Origin: Callorhinchus milii
Taxonomy: Eukaryota
Direction: 5' to 3'
Assembly (NCBI RefSeq): GCF_018977255.1
Contig: NW_024704742.1
Location: 53,818,001 to 53,882,000 of the forward strand
DNA length: 64,000 nt
Shown: positions 25,613 through 38,649 of the stretch, in pieces
Position numbering within the stretch: position 1 is the first letter of the stretch
How the letters are laid out: each line of letters starts with the position of its first letter
Notes under the pieces: model-generated
Seen by the model: the letters and a program-made list of their open reading frames with translations, nothing else
Told to the model about the DNA's origin: nothing
Database searches by the model: none
Position numbers and translations under genes: made by a program

Positions 25613-26460
25613 CATATAAGAACATAGGAAATGTTAAGCAAAAAAAACCAAGGTCCTTCCTGGCAGTCGCATGCACATATATCATGAACTACCTATGTAC
25701 TACATCCCATACTGTTATTTCCTAAAAGAAATCTATCCAATCTGTGGTTGAAAGAATCAACATTTCCTGCTTTAACCGTCTCCTTAGGGAGCCTGTTCCA
25801 CATGTTCACTATTCGCTCACTGAAATAGTGTTTGCATAGATTCGTTCTGAATTTACCCCCTTCAATCACAGGCCGTTTCCTCTGGTTTTACTATTCTGGA
25901 CAAGTTGAAACAGCTGTCATGATCTATATTGTCTAGACCCTTTAGAATCTTAAAGACAGAAATCATGTTGCCTCTCAATCTTCTCTTTTCCAGCGTGAAC
26001 ATGCCCAATTCAGTTAGTCACTCCTCATAGTCCAGTCCTTCCATCCCCTCAATCATTTTGGTTGCCCTTCTCTGTATCTTCTCAATTTGTCCAATATCCT
26101 TTTTGTACTGTGGCGACCAGAACTGTATGCAGGACTCTAAGTATGATCTCACCAATGATTTATACAGTGGCAGGATTACTCCACTATTCGGCTGCTATTG
26201 ATTTTTTGATTCATCCCAACATCTGGTTTGCTTCACTCACTGCCACAGAGCATCGTTGCGAGAGCTTCAATTTATTGTTAATCAGGACCACCAGATCCTT
26301 TTCATTTTTCATACATATTATTTTACTTCCATTCAAATAATAGTCCATTCCAGGATTTTTTGTCCCCATCTGAAGTACTTTATATTTCTCCATATTGAAT
26401 TTCATCTGCCACCGATCTGCCCAATTCCCAAATATGTTCAAGCCCTCCTGTAATCTATCT
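25613..26460 (-). mobile_element. CR1 LINE 3' portion
   Basis: ORF 'WADRWQMKFNMEKYKVLQMG...EKDLVVLI...LSQRCSVAVSEANQMLG' and tail 'ataagaacatag'. Confidence 0.9.
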
Positions 26461-28223
26461 TGTTCAGTTTCCCATTATTAACCTTCATTAGGATTTCTTT
26501 CCCATCCTTCGGATGAGATATTAAACTGAGGTCCAATCAATGGGGAATTAAATATTCACGAGCATCATCGAAATAGATGTTTCCAGCTATTGATATTTTT
26601 AAAATTGACTTGTACTCCTGCTCTTTCAACAATCTTTTCTCTATTACATGTACATGATGGTCCTGATTTAAAATCACTTTGAATACACCAAGATCTTTTA
26701 TCTCTTTGTGAATTTAACAATAGACAGAGTAATGTACTCCAATAGCAGAGTGACATCAAGAAGAATATGAATTCTGAACAAAATGATAATAATAATCCTT
26801 GCATCTTCTAGGCGTCTCAAAGTGCAAAATGAAAACTTCTGAGCCAAAGCTTGTTTAGATTTTCCTTGAAACGGTCCAAGGGAGCTGTAAAAACAAAATT
26901 CTCATTTGTTTCTATCAGATTTAACAACCTGTATGTAAAGCTATTCCAGCAAAGTAATGGGGTCATGCTGCAAAGGAATGCTTCACACAGTCACTGGATA
27001 GTCTGTGGAAACGCTGTGTCTTCCAGATCTGTCATCTACCACACCGATAAGAACGAAAAAGGGAAAGAATTTCACAGCTTTTTACTTGATTCAACAATGA
27101 TTACTTCACATTTTCAATATATATTGTGGTCTAAAATGCAGGGATTTGGAACGACTCACAAATGAAGAATCTTTCTAGTAACCGGAAGTGGGTCACACAG
27201 ATAGGTGGGAACTCTGCTCCATGGTAATACCACAGCAGCTATAAAATAACAAGCATTAATATACACTATACCTGTAACAACAAATCCAGCATTCTGGAGT
27301 TGCTTCCTCAGCTGCTAGGCTGTTCTGGTGACGTATATCACTGGGAGCAGCTGAGCAAATGCTGTAGTGACTACATTTAATGTAATAGGAACAGGAGCTT
27401 TGAACTAATTTGGGTGATGAAGTGGAGCCACTTGATCTGTAAATGCAGTCCCCACCCTTGCCCTCCGTCTCCCCTTGAGCTATTTTGTTTGGCCAGCTAG
27501 GTGTTTGCGGGTCATTGCTGTGTCGTGATAGTGTACAAAATACACAGTCATTACACTTTACAATAAATCATGTGTTGTGCTTTGAGGAGTTATCCCAATG
27601 TGAAAGCCATTATATCAAATACAAGGATGATTTATTATTTCTAACTTAAAACTCCTTAGGTAGAGTTACACCCACTTTCAATTTGCTTGTGTCAGGAAAC
27701 TAATTACATTGAGTTAGTTTCCCATGTTTTTTATCACCAGAAAACGATGGAGAGCTGTAGCTATGGGTAAACAGACAGGAAGCAGCGTGTTGAACACAAA
27801 TGAGTGTTTGTTGAAGAATGCTGTTGCTAATGAAGTAATAAGTTTGTTTGAGGATATCTCTGAATCCAGGGTGCCAGGCCAGCAGTGTCAAGTGCGTTGA
27901 CATATCTTTCTGACGAGAAAGGCACCATATAGATGTAAATTGTCTTGTATTATAACCCATTCCTTGTCCAAATTAATACAAAGAAAGGATTAAGAAAATT
28001 TCTTCCAATTGCACTCAAATTACACACAACTTTACTGAAAGAACTTTACCGGGCAACATCATAGCCACACTCCTCTAAGCATGCCATCAACACATTCACA
28101 AGATTTATTAAATTGCACTTCACTCAATGTTCAAAAAATAATTGCAATGTTATTTTTGTGTATTCAGTGAGAGGGCTGCTGTGTAATAATGTGTTGAATG
28201 TATTATTTGAAAATTTGCTGACT

Positions 28224-28535
28224 GTCCTGTAGCTCAGTGGTTAGAGCACTCGCTTTGCAAGTGAGAGACCTGAGTTCAATTCCAGGCACAGGGCGAAACC
28301 TTGGGCAAGTTTCCTTACTCCACACGCCTAATAATCCCTCCAAAAAAACAAAACAATAATAAATTGGTCATTTTCAATCCATGACTGTTTGTGGGACACT
28401 GCTGTGCACAATTGGCTGCCGCGTTCGCCCATAAATATACAGTCAATTCACTTTACAGTATATTCTGTGAAGCGCTTTGGGATGTCTAGAAGACGTGAAA
28501 AGCGCTATATCAAATGCAAGGATTATTATTATTAT
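28224..28535 (+). mobile_element. tRNA(Ala)-derived SINE, short form
   Basis: Closely matches 908-1217 and 59358-59679. Confidence 0.92.
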
Positions 28536-28884
28536 AAAGTGTACAACAGTTTGTATGGAATGAATGAACCAATAATTCATTGTAGATTTATCCTTAATAA
28601 TGGATTAGTGTAATTACATGCGAGAGAGAGAAAAATACAAAATGTAGAATGAAAGTTGATTATTTAAGAACATTTACATCAATGGGAAGTTTCAGGGCAA
28701 TGAGCAACAGTTCACCGAGGACACAGTGGATAGATTTGCCGCAGTGATTATCAATCACAAGGGCAGTAGGAGGTGATAATCTCACATGTCTGGGTAGTGG
28801 TTGGAAGTTTAGATAATTTGGTAAATCAACTGAGAGAAGCAAGAAAGATTTGCCGCAATAGTTATGCAAATGGTGTGTGGTCCC

Positions 28885-29230
28885 CTCTGTGACCTCCAAT
28901 AACCCTACCAACCCGGCAGCTTTCTTCATTCAGCACACGCTGACCTGCTTCATGGCCCCTGCCCGATATGCCCATGATGGACAGACAAGCTTTCAGCCAT
29001 TCTGACTCTTCTTTCTGGAACTTAATTCTGAAGTCCCTCTGACTCAATCCCTCACCATTTTCAAAGCCAGCCTCAAGATTTACCTCTTTGACTATGATTT
29101 TGGTCATTGTTCCCCTCTCTCACCCTCTTCAGCTCCCACCTCCCCAGCTCAGCTACCCATACAGCTGTGTGAAGTGCTTTGAAGCATCCTCCCAACATGA
29201 AAGGCGCTCTACAAATATAAATTACATTGG
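28885..29230 (+). mobile_element. Decayed L2 3' fragment
   Basis: 'ctctgtgacctcc...ctaccaacccg...gcatcctcccaacatgaaaggcgctctacaaat'. Confidence 0.75.
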
Positions 29231-29454
29231 AAGAAAAAGCATGAAGAAATAAAGACTCAATGATAAACAGAGACAGAGGGAGACAAACAGAAAAGACTCA
29301 GGACCATGTGGATGTTTTACATAATGGCTGTAACTCATTCCTATGCAAGTCTACAAAGAGAAGGTGGGTGTGACAGATCTGTGTAAAAGCATGGCACGCT
29401 TGGATAAAAATAGCTGCAATCTCCCCAGCTTATTAAAATTAACACTAAACTGTT

Positions 29455-30005
29455 TGCCTAGTTGGTAAAGGGACTGCCAGGTGCAGCACCAGTCTCCAGA
29501 GACTTCAAAGTTGCAAGTGCTGAATTAGCTGAAGTCAGATGAGTTGCAATTGGGATGCTGCATTTAGAATATAAGAACATATAATATGCTAGGCAAAGGA
29601 AGCCAAAGTACATCTAGTTCGCCTTCCACCATCCTGGCAGTCACCTGCACATGTCATGTCCCAAACTATATAGTATCTGGGATATTATTTGTTAGGAAAT
29701 AGGAAATCTCTATTTGGCCTTAGTGCCTCTGAGATTGTGTGTGTGTATGTGTGAGGATGGAAGGGTGGGATGGGAGGGACTCAACTAGGGTTCCTACTCC
29801 TGACTGCTGTCCAGAAATTCCTGTTGGACAATGCTTGTATGGGTTCCCATTGGGTTTGAGGGAAGGAATGAGCTCAGCTGAGGTTTCCCTGTAGTCAAAA
29901 AGCCTGAAAATTCCCACTGTCAAGGCAATGTGCACACATGAATAATAGGAATTTGGGCAAAGTACCAAAGTCCAATCTGTGCCCACTGAACTGTGCCCCA
30001 GTAGA
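29455..30005 (+). mobile_element. AmnSINE2-like ancient SINE with a CR1 3'UTR insert (~29570-29715)
   Basis: 'gtgctgaattagctga', 'tggccttagtgcc', 'agggttcctactcctga', 'cactgtcaaggc...cacacatgaa' and 'ttgggcaaagtacc' occur in AmnSINE2 order as I recall it; the insert matches 25613-25700. Confidence 0.55.
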
Positions 30006-32231
30006 AGGGAAATGGCATCAAAAAATCTTAAGAAGAAACAAGCAAAAGGAGTAAATCAGAAGAAAAAAATGACGAGGGAGCAAAAAGGAACACAAATCCC
30101 TAATAAAAAAATACGCTGCAACCTGAAGCATGAAATGTTATTTTGTCTTAGCCTGTAAGAGCAATTTGTCTTAATATCGAGATTGTGGAGAACTAGGAAA
30201 CTTCTCAGATTCAGTCTTAATTTGGAAACCAGTTCTTTTTAAAAACTGCAGAAAACTAGCTACCAAATAAAGACTGAATTGAAGTATTTTCTATAATTCT
30301 GTGCAAACTTAAACTGTAAAACAAAATGCTCTTGCAGACTAAGATAACATTTTAGGCCTGTGATGGTATCTTTGTGGTAAATTTAGAAATGGTAAATTAT
30401 CTCACATCATCGTGGCTGTTTCGACAACTTGCCCCAATAACTCCAGAAAAGCTACTTGAACAAGGTCTGTCTTTTTGCATTTAGTTACTGCAACGTGAAA
30501 GGTGCTATAGAACTGTAATTTTGTTGTTGTTGATGTTATGCACTGAAGGACTCAGTAAAGCTATGGTAATAGTACACTTGCAACACTGGATGGAAGGAGA
30601 TTGCTTTCACTGATGGTGAGTGCCGATGCATGCATGTTTATCACTCTCAGATGCCTGAATGATTCTGGAGTTGCCTGTCCACTTCTCAGGAGTTTTATGC
30701 CACAAGAAAAATCTGTTCAATTGCAGCTTTGCTGATAATGTGATGGTTGCTTGTCACGCCATATCATTGCTCGATCTGTGCACTGTCATATTTTATTTCT
30801 GTTTGCAGTCCAACAAAATGTTAAACCTAATCTATCCCAATAAGAAAATATTTACTGAAGAAGTCATGCTTGCCTAATGATGGTCATACATACACAATGA
30901 GTTACAATATTATGATTCATAAGACCCATGTGGCAAAATACCGGTGGGGAAAAAGATCCTGTATCATCATAAAAATGCTTTTGGTTAATACTACAATTGC
31001 AGTGAAAAGTACTCAATGGAAAAGCGGCAGCATAACAACACTTTGTTGCTGTAAAATACAATACAAATTTACATTTACCTAGTACCTTTCATATGGGAGA
31101 ATGTCCCAAATCGCCCCACAGATTACATTGCAAAATGCAGTGATTTTGTGAGCAAATACAGTGGCCAATTTGGAACACAGCTTTGTGCACAAAGAAATAA
31201 AAACTGAACGCTCAATTTTTATTTGGGGGGATTTATAGTGTGATGAGATCTGTAACAGCCACTTTATAGCATGTCCTGTGAAGTGCCCAGATCCACCGCG
31301 ATGACACGATAAGGCGCCAAATCTAATACAAGGATCATTCTTATTTACCAAATAATTTTTGTTGATAGGAAATATACTTGATAATGTGCATTAGTACTGG
31401 AAGATGTTACCTTCAAATATGACAAGCATGTAATTCATAGTCAAGCTCCAAAGCAGTTTGAAGAGTAAATACATTTTCAAGACTATAGGTGAAAGACTTA
31501 AAAGTGCCTTGGGATTTAAAGTATGATTCCAGTATATGTGACTGAGCTGAGAGACCTGAACTTTAACAGGTTATTATGTCATCTGGGTCGATCTTGAAGT
31601 ATATAAGAGTCCCTGCAGCAGAAGCACTTTACCAGAGCACTTTCGCCATGGTCTACGATTCTATCCAAAAAGCCTCGGAAGTCACTCACTCACTAATTGT
31701 TGTCTTAGTTGGAAATATACTTGTTGTCTAAAATGGAATTATGTTATGGCCAGCCTTGTAGTATGACATGTCTCTCTGGCTACATGGGTGAACTTGATTC
31801 ACTCACGACTTTGTGACATTGAGTAAGCATGTCCTTATTAAAGCTTTATAAAAAGTAAAGGCAAAGAGAGAGAGAAAAAAGACACAGGGGATTTAAAAAC
31901 AAAGGACAGAAAATTGAATAATAGGGCCAGCCTGGCTCATTTGGAAGTATTCTCCGGTGTCCTGGTCAACAATCCTCCAAATGAACCTTATCATTCAATT
32001 CATGCCTGTTTGTGGAACATTGCTGTGCTCAAATTGATTGCCATGTTCACCTACAAAATACAAACACTAGACTTTAGAGTAAATCCCATGAAGTGCTTTG
32101 AGATGTCTCCTGATGTGAAAATCGCTATATCAAACACAACGAATATACGAATATTAAAATCTCCTGAAGTAAAATTGCCATAAAATATGAATGAAAAAAT
32201 TAGTTAAATGAATCAATGCACTAAATAAGCC

Positions 32232-33886
32232 TTGTTCCCCTTCTTCTTAGAGCATTTTACCCTTTACCATACCTCCAATCTTTTTCTTAAAATTCTCCTC
32301 GTTTATTGCATCCCCAAACCCTCCACCACCTTTCTCTCTCACATCTCCACCCTTCTATCTTCCCTCTCCCTCTGCTCCAAATGCCTGCTCATCCTCGGCG
32401 ACTTCAACCTTCACTTCAATCCTCTTTCTCTATCTCCACTGACTTCTCCTCCCTCCTCTCCTCTCACAACCTCTCCCTCCACATCGACTCTGCTATTCAC
32501 ATCCATGGCCACCTGCTTGATCTAGTGATCACATGGGGCCTTCGCATCTCAGACATCACCATCACTGACAAAGCCATCTCAGAACCTTACTTCAACTCCA
32601 GCATAATCTTGGAGGCGAAGGACAACCCCAGGCTAATCTTCTTCACCATCAACCAGCTCCTCTGCTCACCCTTTCATGTCTTGGCCATCCTCTCTTCCAA
32701 CTCCAACTGCAAGGAGACAATGGACTTCCTCAAGACCAAAATCAGGGGGATCTGCTCAGCTGTCTCTGGCCTCTCAACCGCCACCTGCTGCCTACCTCCC
32801 CCTATCCATCCCTCCCTTCACACCTTCAAACTTGTCTCCCCCTCCTCTCTCAGCACCATTATGATCCACATGAAATCCACCACATTCTCCCTCAATCTAT
32901 CCCTATCTCTCTCCTTACCTCCCAGCTCCATCTCCTTGTCTCTCTACTCACTGACATCATAAACCTCTTTGTCCACTGGCACTGTTCCAACCCTTGAAAA
33001 CAGCCGTCATCAACCCCATCCTCAAAAAAACCTTCCCTGGACCTAACCCTGGTCTCCAATTACCATCCCATCTCCAACCTCCCCTTCTCCTCCAAGGTCC
33101 TGAATGAGTCATTACTTCCTAGCCTCCTTCCTCTCCCACCACTCCCTCTACAAATCCTTCCAGTCAGGCTTCCATGCTTCCCACAACACAGAAACAGCCT
33201 TGGCCAAAGTGACAAATGAAATTTTGTCAATCTGTGACCATGGTTACCTCTGTCTCCTCGTCCTCCTTGACCTCTCTGCTGCCTTTGACACCGTCGAAAC
33301 TCTATTCTCCACCACCATCTCTACTCTCAGCTCAACCTTCATGAACCTCCCTTTGCCTGGTTCCGATCCTACCTCTCCCACTGTCTCCACTTTGGCTCCA
33401 CTAATGGCTTCTTCTTCACCCCAAGCACCATCTTGTGCAGCTTTCCTCAGAACTCTGGCCTTGATCCTCTCCTCTTCAACATCTACATGCTCCCTTTTGG
33501 TGACATCATCTGCAGAAATGGGGTCTCAGCGACCTCCTAACCCCCTACCAACCTGCCCGCTCCCTCCGCTCAGTGGGCTCTGGCCTGCTTCACGTCCCCC
33601 ACCTCGGCCGCCCCACCATTGGCGGGTGAGCCTTCAGTCACCCTGCAGCAACCCTCTGGAGCTCCATCCCGCAGTCCCTCCACCTCGTCTCCTCCCTTGC
33701 CTCTTTCAAGAACCATCTCAAGATCCTCCTCTTTGACCGTGCTTTCAATCTCCCTGCATTGCCCCCCAGCCCTCCACCCTCCCTGATCCCAATCCCCAGC
33801 TCGGGTCCAAAACACTGATTGTCCAGCACCTTGGGATGTCCTCTCGACATGAAAGGCGCTATACAAATGTAATTTTGTTGTTGTTG
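32232..33886 (+). mobile_element. L2 LINE with APE-endonuclease and RT remnants and internal deletions
   Basis: LILGDFNLH and HIHGHLLDLVIT (endonuclease), FQSGFHASHNTETALAKVTNEI and LLDLSAAFDTV (RT), and an intact (TTG)n tail. Confidence 0.92.
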
Positions 33887-34278
33887 ATAGCTCTCAACAA
33901 CTCTGCCATTTCAAAGTGTGATGAAACATTTTGAATTTTGACCTGTTAACACTAAGTAGTCCAATCTAACATCTCAATTTGTTGCTGACTCTAAATTAAT
34001 TAGGAACCAACATACTGTTCAAACAAGTGGAAGTTGGCCTGTGCAAATACACACGGCATTGCACTGCTGGTAAAAGGCAGAAAAGAATGTCTGAAAAGAA
34101 GGTCCATATAAGAGCAACCCATATTAACAGTGAATCGTTTTGCTACAGTGAACAATACATCAAAGTAAAACATTTTTAAGGCAAGAAAACATCATTGGCT
34201 GCGACAGGAGGGCAACCATAGCTGGAAAAGATGAGGCAAACTTTGCAATATTTTAATTATAGGGTTGAGTGGCATAAG

Positions 34279-34297
34279 TGGCCACTAGGTGGCAGTG
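34279..34297 (+). promoter_or_regulatory. Candidate CTCF binding site
   Basis: TGGCCACTAGGTGGCAGTG closely matches the CTCF core consensus and lies in apparently unique sequence. Confidence 0.65.
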
Positions 34298-36060
34298 CTT
34301 CCCTCCTGGGTAACAGAACAATCCTTTCCGACCTGGATCAAGGTGCATATCCTGCAAGGAAACCAATGCATTCAATAACTTGTGAGAAATGGGCTCCAAA
34401 CCAAGATTGTCTCAGAGATGAGTTCTCACTAGTCAGTGTGACACACAAAAGGATCCATGTAGTAGACACAATTTACAACTTAAGATAGTTTTTTTCCATC
34501 ACAAGTTGTTATTTACACTCCACTTTCTCTGATGATCACATTTTTAATGCCGGTGAAGAAAAGGTTAGGCTAAACTATATGGGCCATTAGACTCCAATAA
34601 TCTGCTAGCACTCAATGTCGAGGCTTACACATGAAGAATCGTGAGGTAACAAAGCACAGAAATGTACGTAAGTAAGAATCAGTGCCTCTTGGAGTGGAGG
34701 AAAGGAGGGGAGAGTAAGGAAAAAAATTGACAAAGTAACTCTATTGAGTGATGGTCTGGATGCAGTAAGGTTATTACACTTTAGCAGTTTTGTGATAAAT
34801 GAGATTTTTCATTGTTGCTTTTATATGATGTCACAACTGAAACTCATGCTCCTGCAACTGAAGTTAGTTTTTCAACACCTCACATTTATGTGACCCCCTT
34901 CACACAGGATAGCGTCTCGGAGCACTGCACAGTGGCGGGGTTGGCCCCAACTATGTTCAAAGAGATATGTCTTAAGGTGTGATTTACAACAACAACTTGC
35001 ATTTATACAGCGACTCTCACGCAGGGTAGCATCCCAAAGTGCTTGACAGAGGCAGAGCATGACATTTAAAGATAGATAAAGAAGGGATGAGGAAGAGGAA
35101 TTGAGGTAGGGAATTCCAGAGGTAAGAGGGGTAGTGGATGAAGGCAAGACCACCAATAATAGCATGGTAGTTATACCCAAAATAGCAAATAAACTATTTC
35201 ATTTACCCCTGAAGAGTATTTTCCTCCGAAGCTGTATCCTTTTACTGCCAGGAAGAGGACAGCGCCCTGTACCTGATTTCTGGCTGTGTAATAGTCTGCT
35301 GCTTGTAATTAGAGCAATAAAGAGAAGCCTTTTATTGAGTATTGCACCTGATGAATTGCAGTTGAAAGTACATTTTAATTTTATTGTGTTTTTATTGAGT
35401 TTCAGAGCCAAAGTAAATACTGTTTTAACTTCATGAATCATTCCTAAAATGAGCAGCATATGGAGTTGCGAAGCCTGTGAAAACAATACTAATCCGTGTT
35501 CAGGGTGCATTCAAGTCGATGCTTAGACAGATGAGGCAGCACAGTAACATAATGGGGTGTATTAAAGTTTTCTCTTGTGGTATTGCTCATTAAAACAAAC
35601 TAAAGCATAAATAAACATGAAAATGATTCAAATGATTGAAACAGGGTGTTGTCCTTATCCTGACCATGAAGTGTTGTAAACTCCGTGGAAATACCATTGA
35701 TGGTTGATACGGGCAGTACCTTTGTATATTGTTTTAGATATAAGTAACCTTAGATATAGCAATGTTAGATACAGTTAGTGACAATGTAAAATCCCATTAG
35801 ATCGCATTTGTGATATAAGAAGAATAAGGAAGCAATGAAGCCTGATTTTTGTATTCCTATTTGTGAAAGAATATAACTAATTGTGAACATAAAATTTATA
35901 TTTGACAAACCTCCATAGACTAGATTCAAATACTGGAGATCGTTAATGATTGCCTTTCAGAAAAAGGTCATTTGTGACTCCCAGTTGCACCATAAAATAA
36001 TACTGAAACTTTCAGGCCATCTAAGACACGGTTACATTTGAATAGACTATCCTCCTTCGG

Positions 36061-36627
36061 GGTCTCCTTGGAGCTGAGCTGACCCCACATTAACATGCTT
36101 GGCAATGGAATGTCGGAATTGAGCCAGCCCTCTGTGGCGGTTTTGGTAGTCTAGTTCCTGAGCCAGGCAGGTCTGCAGTTTTCCAGGACACTGCTAATGA
36201 CAAACCAGCCAGCCTGCTTATCAGCAGGACTTGGAGGGGCTGATCAGTCACTGGGGTCAGGGACTCTTCCAACTCCGATCCTGTTATTCCTGCAAGCCAA
36301 AATGCTAATGGGTAGGTCCTAGCTGGATAAGCAGTAGGAAGCTTGCTAAACAATGCTCTCAATGGCAATCTATGCAGTTTTAGTTGGTTACACTCCAGAA
36401 GTACCTCAACATACACTCTGGTATTTCCTAATTATCAGGGCTTACCAACCTCCTCCTAAAACAAATTAGTTAAGCAAGGTGTGCCCTCCAGAGAGATGGA
36501 GAGTCTGTATTCCATTCTTGACATAGTGAAATTTCTGAATGTAGGTGGCATACATATGTGTAACTTTCAGATTGGTTTAGATACTCTTAAAGATAACGAT
36601 GGGTTTGCTCATGTGTCAGACACCAGG
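36061..36627. repeat. Unclassified interspersed repeat, copy B
   Basis: Collinear with 5790-6283 from 'gtctccttggagct' to 'tgtcagacacc'. Confidence 0.75.
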
Positions 36628-36677
36628 CTGACCAAAATAAAGTAGAAAATGTACAGTATAAATAGCAGTGTAGCGAT

Positions 36678-37436
36678 AACCCGCTCTGCCTTCCACCACC
36701 TCCACAATGTTGCCCGGCTCTGCCACTGTCTCACACCGGAGACGGCTGAAACCATCATGCATGCTTTCATTACATCGAGGCTCGACTATGCAAACTCATC
36801 GCTTGTCGGCCTCCCCAACTTCTCCCTCCTCAGGCTGCAGATCATCCGGATCATCCACCTCCCTTGCCACCTTCAAGATCCATCTCAAGACCCTCCTCTT
36901 CGACCATGCTTTTGATCTCCCTTAGGAGGGGAAGAAGGGAGATCGATAGCATGGTCGAAACCATCCTCTCCGACTCCGACCTCCAGCTCGGGTCCGTAAC
37001 TCTGTCTGTCCAGCGCCTTGGGACATCCTCCCGACGTAAATCATAGAATCATAGAATTATACAGCACAAAAAGAGGCCATTGGGCCCATCGAGTTAGTGC
37101 CGGCTCTTTGAATAGAGCAATTAATGTCAATCCCACTCCCCAGCCCTTTCCCCATAACCTGCAAACATGTCCTCCTCAAATATCCATCCACCGCGTTTTT
37201 AAGAGTAGTTATCGAATCGGCCTCGACCACCCTTTCAGGCAATGAGTTCCAGATTCAAACAACTCGCTGCATGAAAAAATTTCTTCTCACCTCCCCTCTG
37301 CTATTTGAATCTGTGATCTCGAGTCACCAACACACCCACCAGTGGAAACAGTTTTTCCCTTTCTAAGCTATCAAATCCCCTCATGATTTTGAAGACCTCT
37401 ATTAGGCGCTTTACAAATGTAATTTTGTTGTTATTG
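36678..37436 (+). mobile_element. Internally deleted L2 3' fragment, split by a CR1
   Basis: ORF 'SAFHHLHNVARL...AETIMHAFITSRLDYANS'; the tail is split as 'cccgacgtaaa'...'aggcgctttacaaatgtaattttgttg'. Confidence 0.85.
37041..37403 (-). mobile_element. CR1 LINE 3' end
   Basis: ORF 'PERVVEADSITTLKNAVDGYL' and an (ATTCTATG)n-type tail 'tcatagaatcatagaat'. Confidence 0.9.
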
Positions 37437-38331
37437 TCACTGCTATGTGACCATTAATAAAAATCCCTGTGATTTAAATAGGACTTTCTCTGGTCAATCT
37501 CCTTTATATTGTAGTAATCCATGCCTATAACATTGCAGCATCTCAAAAAACTTCACAGGTAATTGCTGCAAAGTGGTGAGACTGCAAATTTTGTAGGTAA
37601 ATGCTGTAGCCAATTTGTGCACATGAACATTCAACAGTTCTGAAGTGAATGATCAATTTTATTTGGGAGATTGTTGGTCAGAACACTGGTAGAAACTCTT
37701 CTCTCTTGTTGAATAGTGCAATGGGATCTTTAACATCCACTTGAAGAAGCAGACGGGACCTCAATTTTGATGTCTCGCCCAATGAATAGAGCATTAGTTG
37801 ATACCCTATATTGTGCAGTCGGAAGATTTTGGTTCCAATGAGATCTCAGGTATGAGCTAAGGTCTCACAACACTGTGTGATGTTCAGGGGATTCCCTGGA
37901 GAAATCAGTGTTTACAATTCATTTGCCAGAGGCACACAAAGCGGTTATGTTACAAGAATCCATTTGAGACCCAGTTAAACATGACCGTGAAAAGAATGTC
38001 ACAGCACAATTTCAGAGGTTGGGGAAAGAGATTAGTCAAGTCTCCGTATTTTTAGTGTCTGTATAGCTCTTGCACAACACGTTGCCATAATGGGCAACAC
38101 TGGAAGATTAAAAAATTATTATTCAGAAACATAAGGAAACACAACAAAATTAACTCTGCCAATCTGTCCAGCTGGTGTAGTGGCAGACCAGAGGGGCAGA
38201 GTAAATGTTTTGTGAGAAAAACACATCCAGCCTCAAAATTAAGAAACCTTAAGTGAGGATAGTGAAGACGTGTACATGTGAAACATGCTACCAGCAAGAG
38301 ACACTAATGCTGCCTCGAACAAGCCAGATAA

Positions 38332-38649
38332 ATAATAATAATAATCCTTGCATTTTGATATAGCGCTTTTCACATCTTCTCGATGTCTCAAAGAGCTTCA
38401 CAGAATAGACTGTAAAGTGAATTGACCGTATATTTGTGGGCGAAACGCGACAGCCAATTGCGCACAGCAGTATCCCACAAACGGTCGTGGATTGAAATGA
38501 CCAATTTATTATTGTTTTGTTTTGGAGGGATTATTATCAAGTGTGTGGAGTAAGGAAACTTGCCCAAGGTTTCGCCCTGTGCCTGGAATTGAACCCAGGT
38601 GTCTCGCTTGCAAGGCGAGTGCTCTAACCACTGAGCTACAGGACTCCAC
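38332..38649 (-). mobile_element. tRNA(Ala)-derived SINE, short form
   Basis: Reverse complement of the 908-1217 family, with a complete head and (TTA)n tail. Confidence 0.92.
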
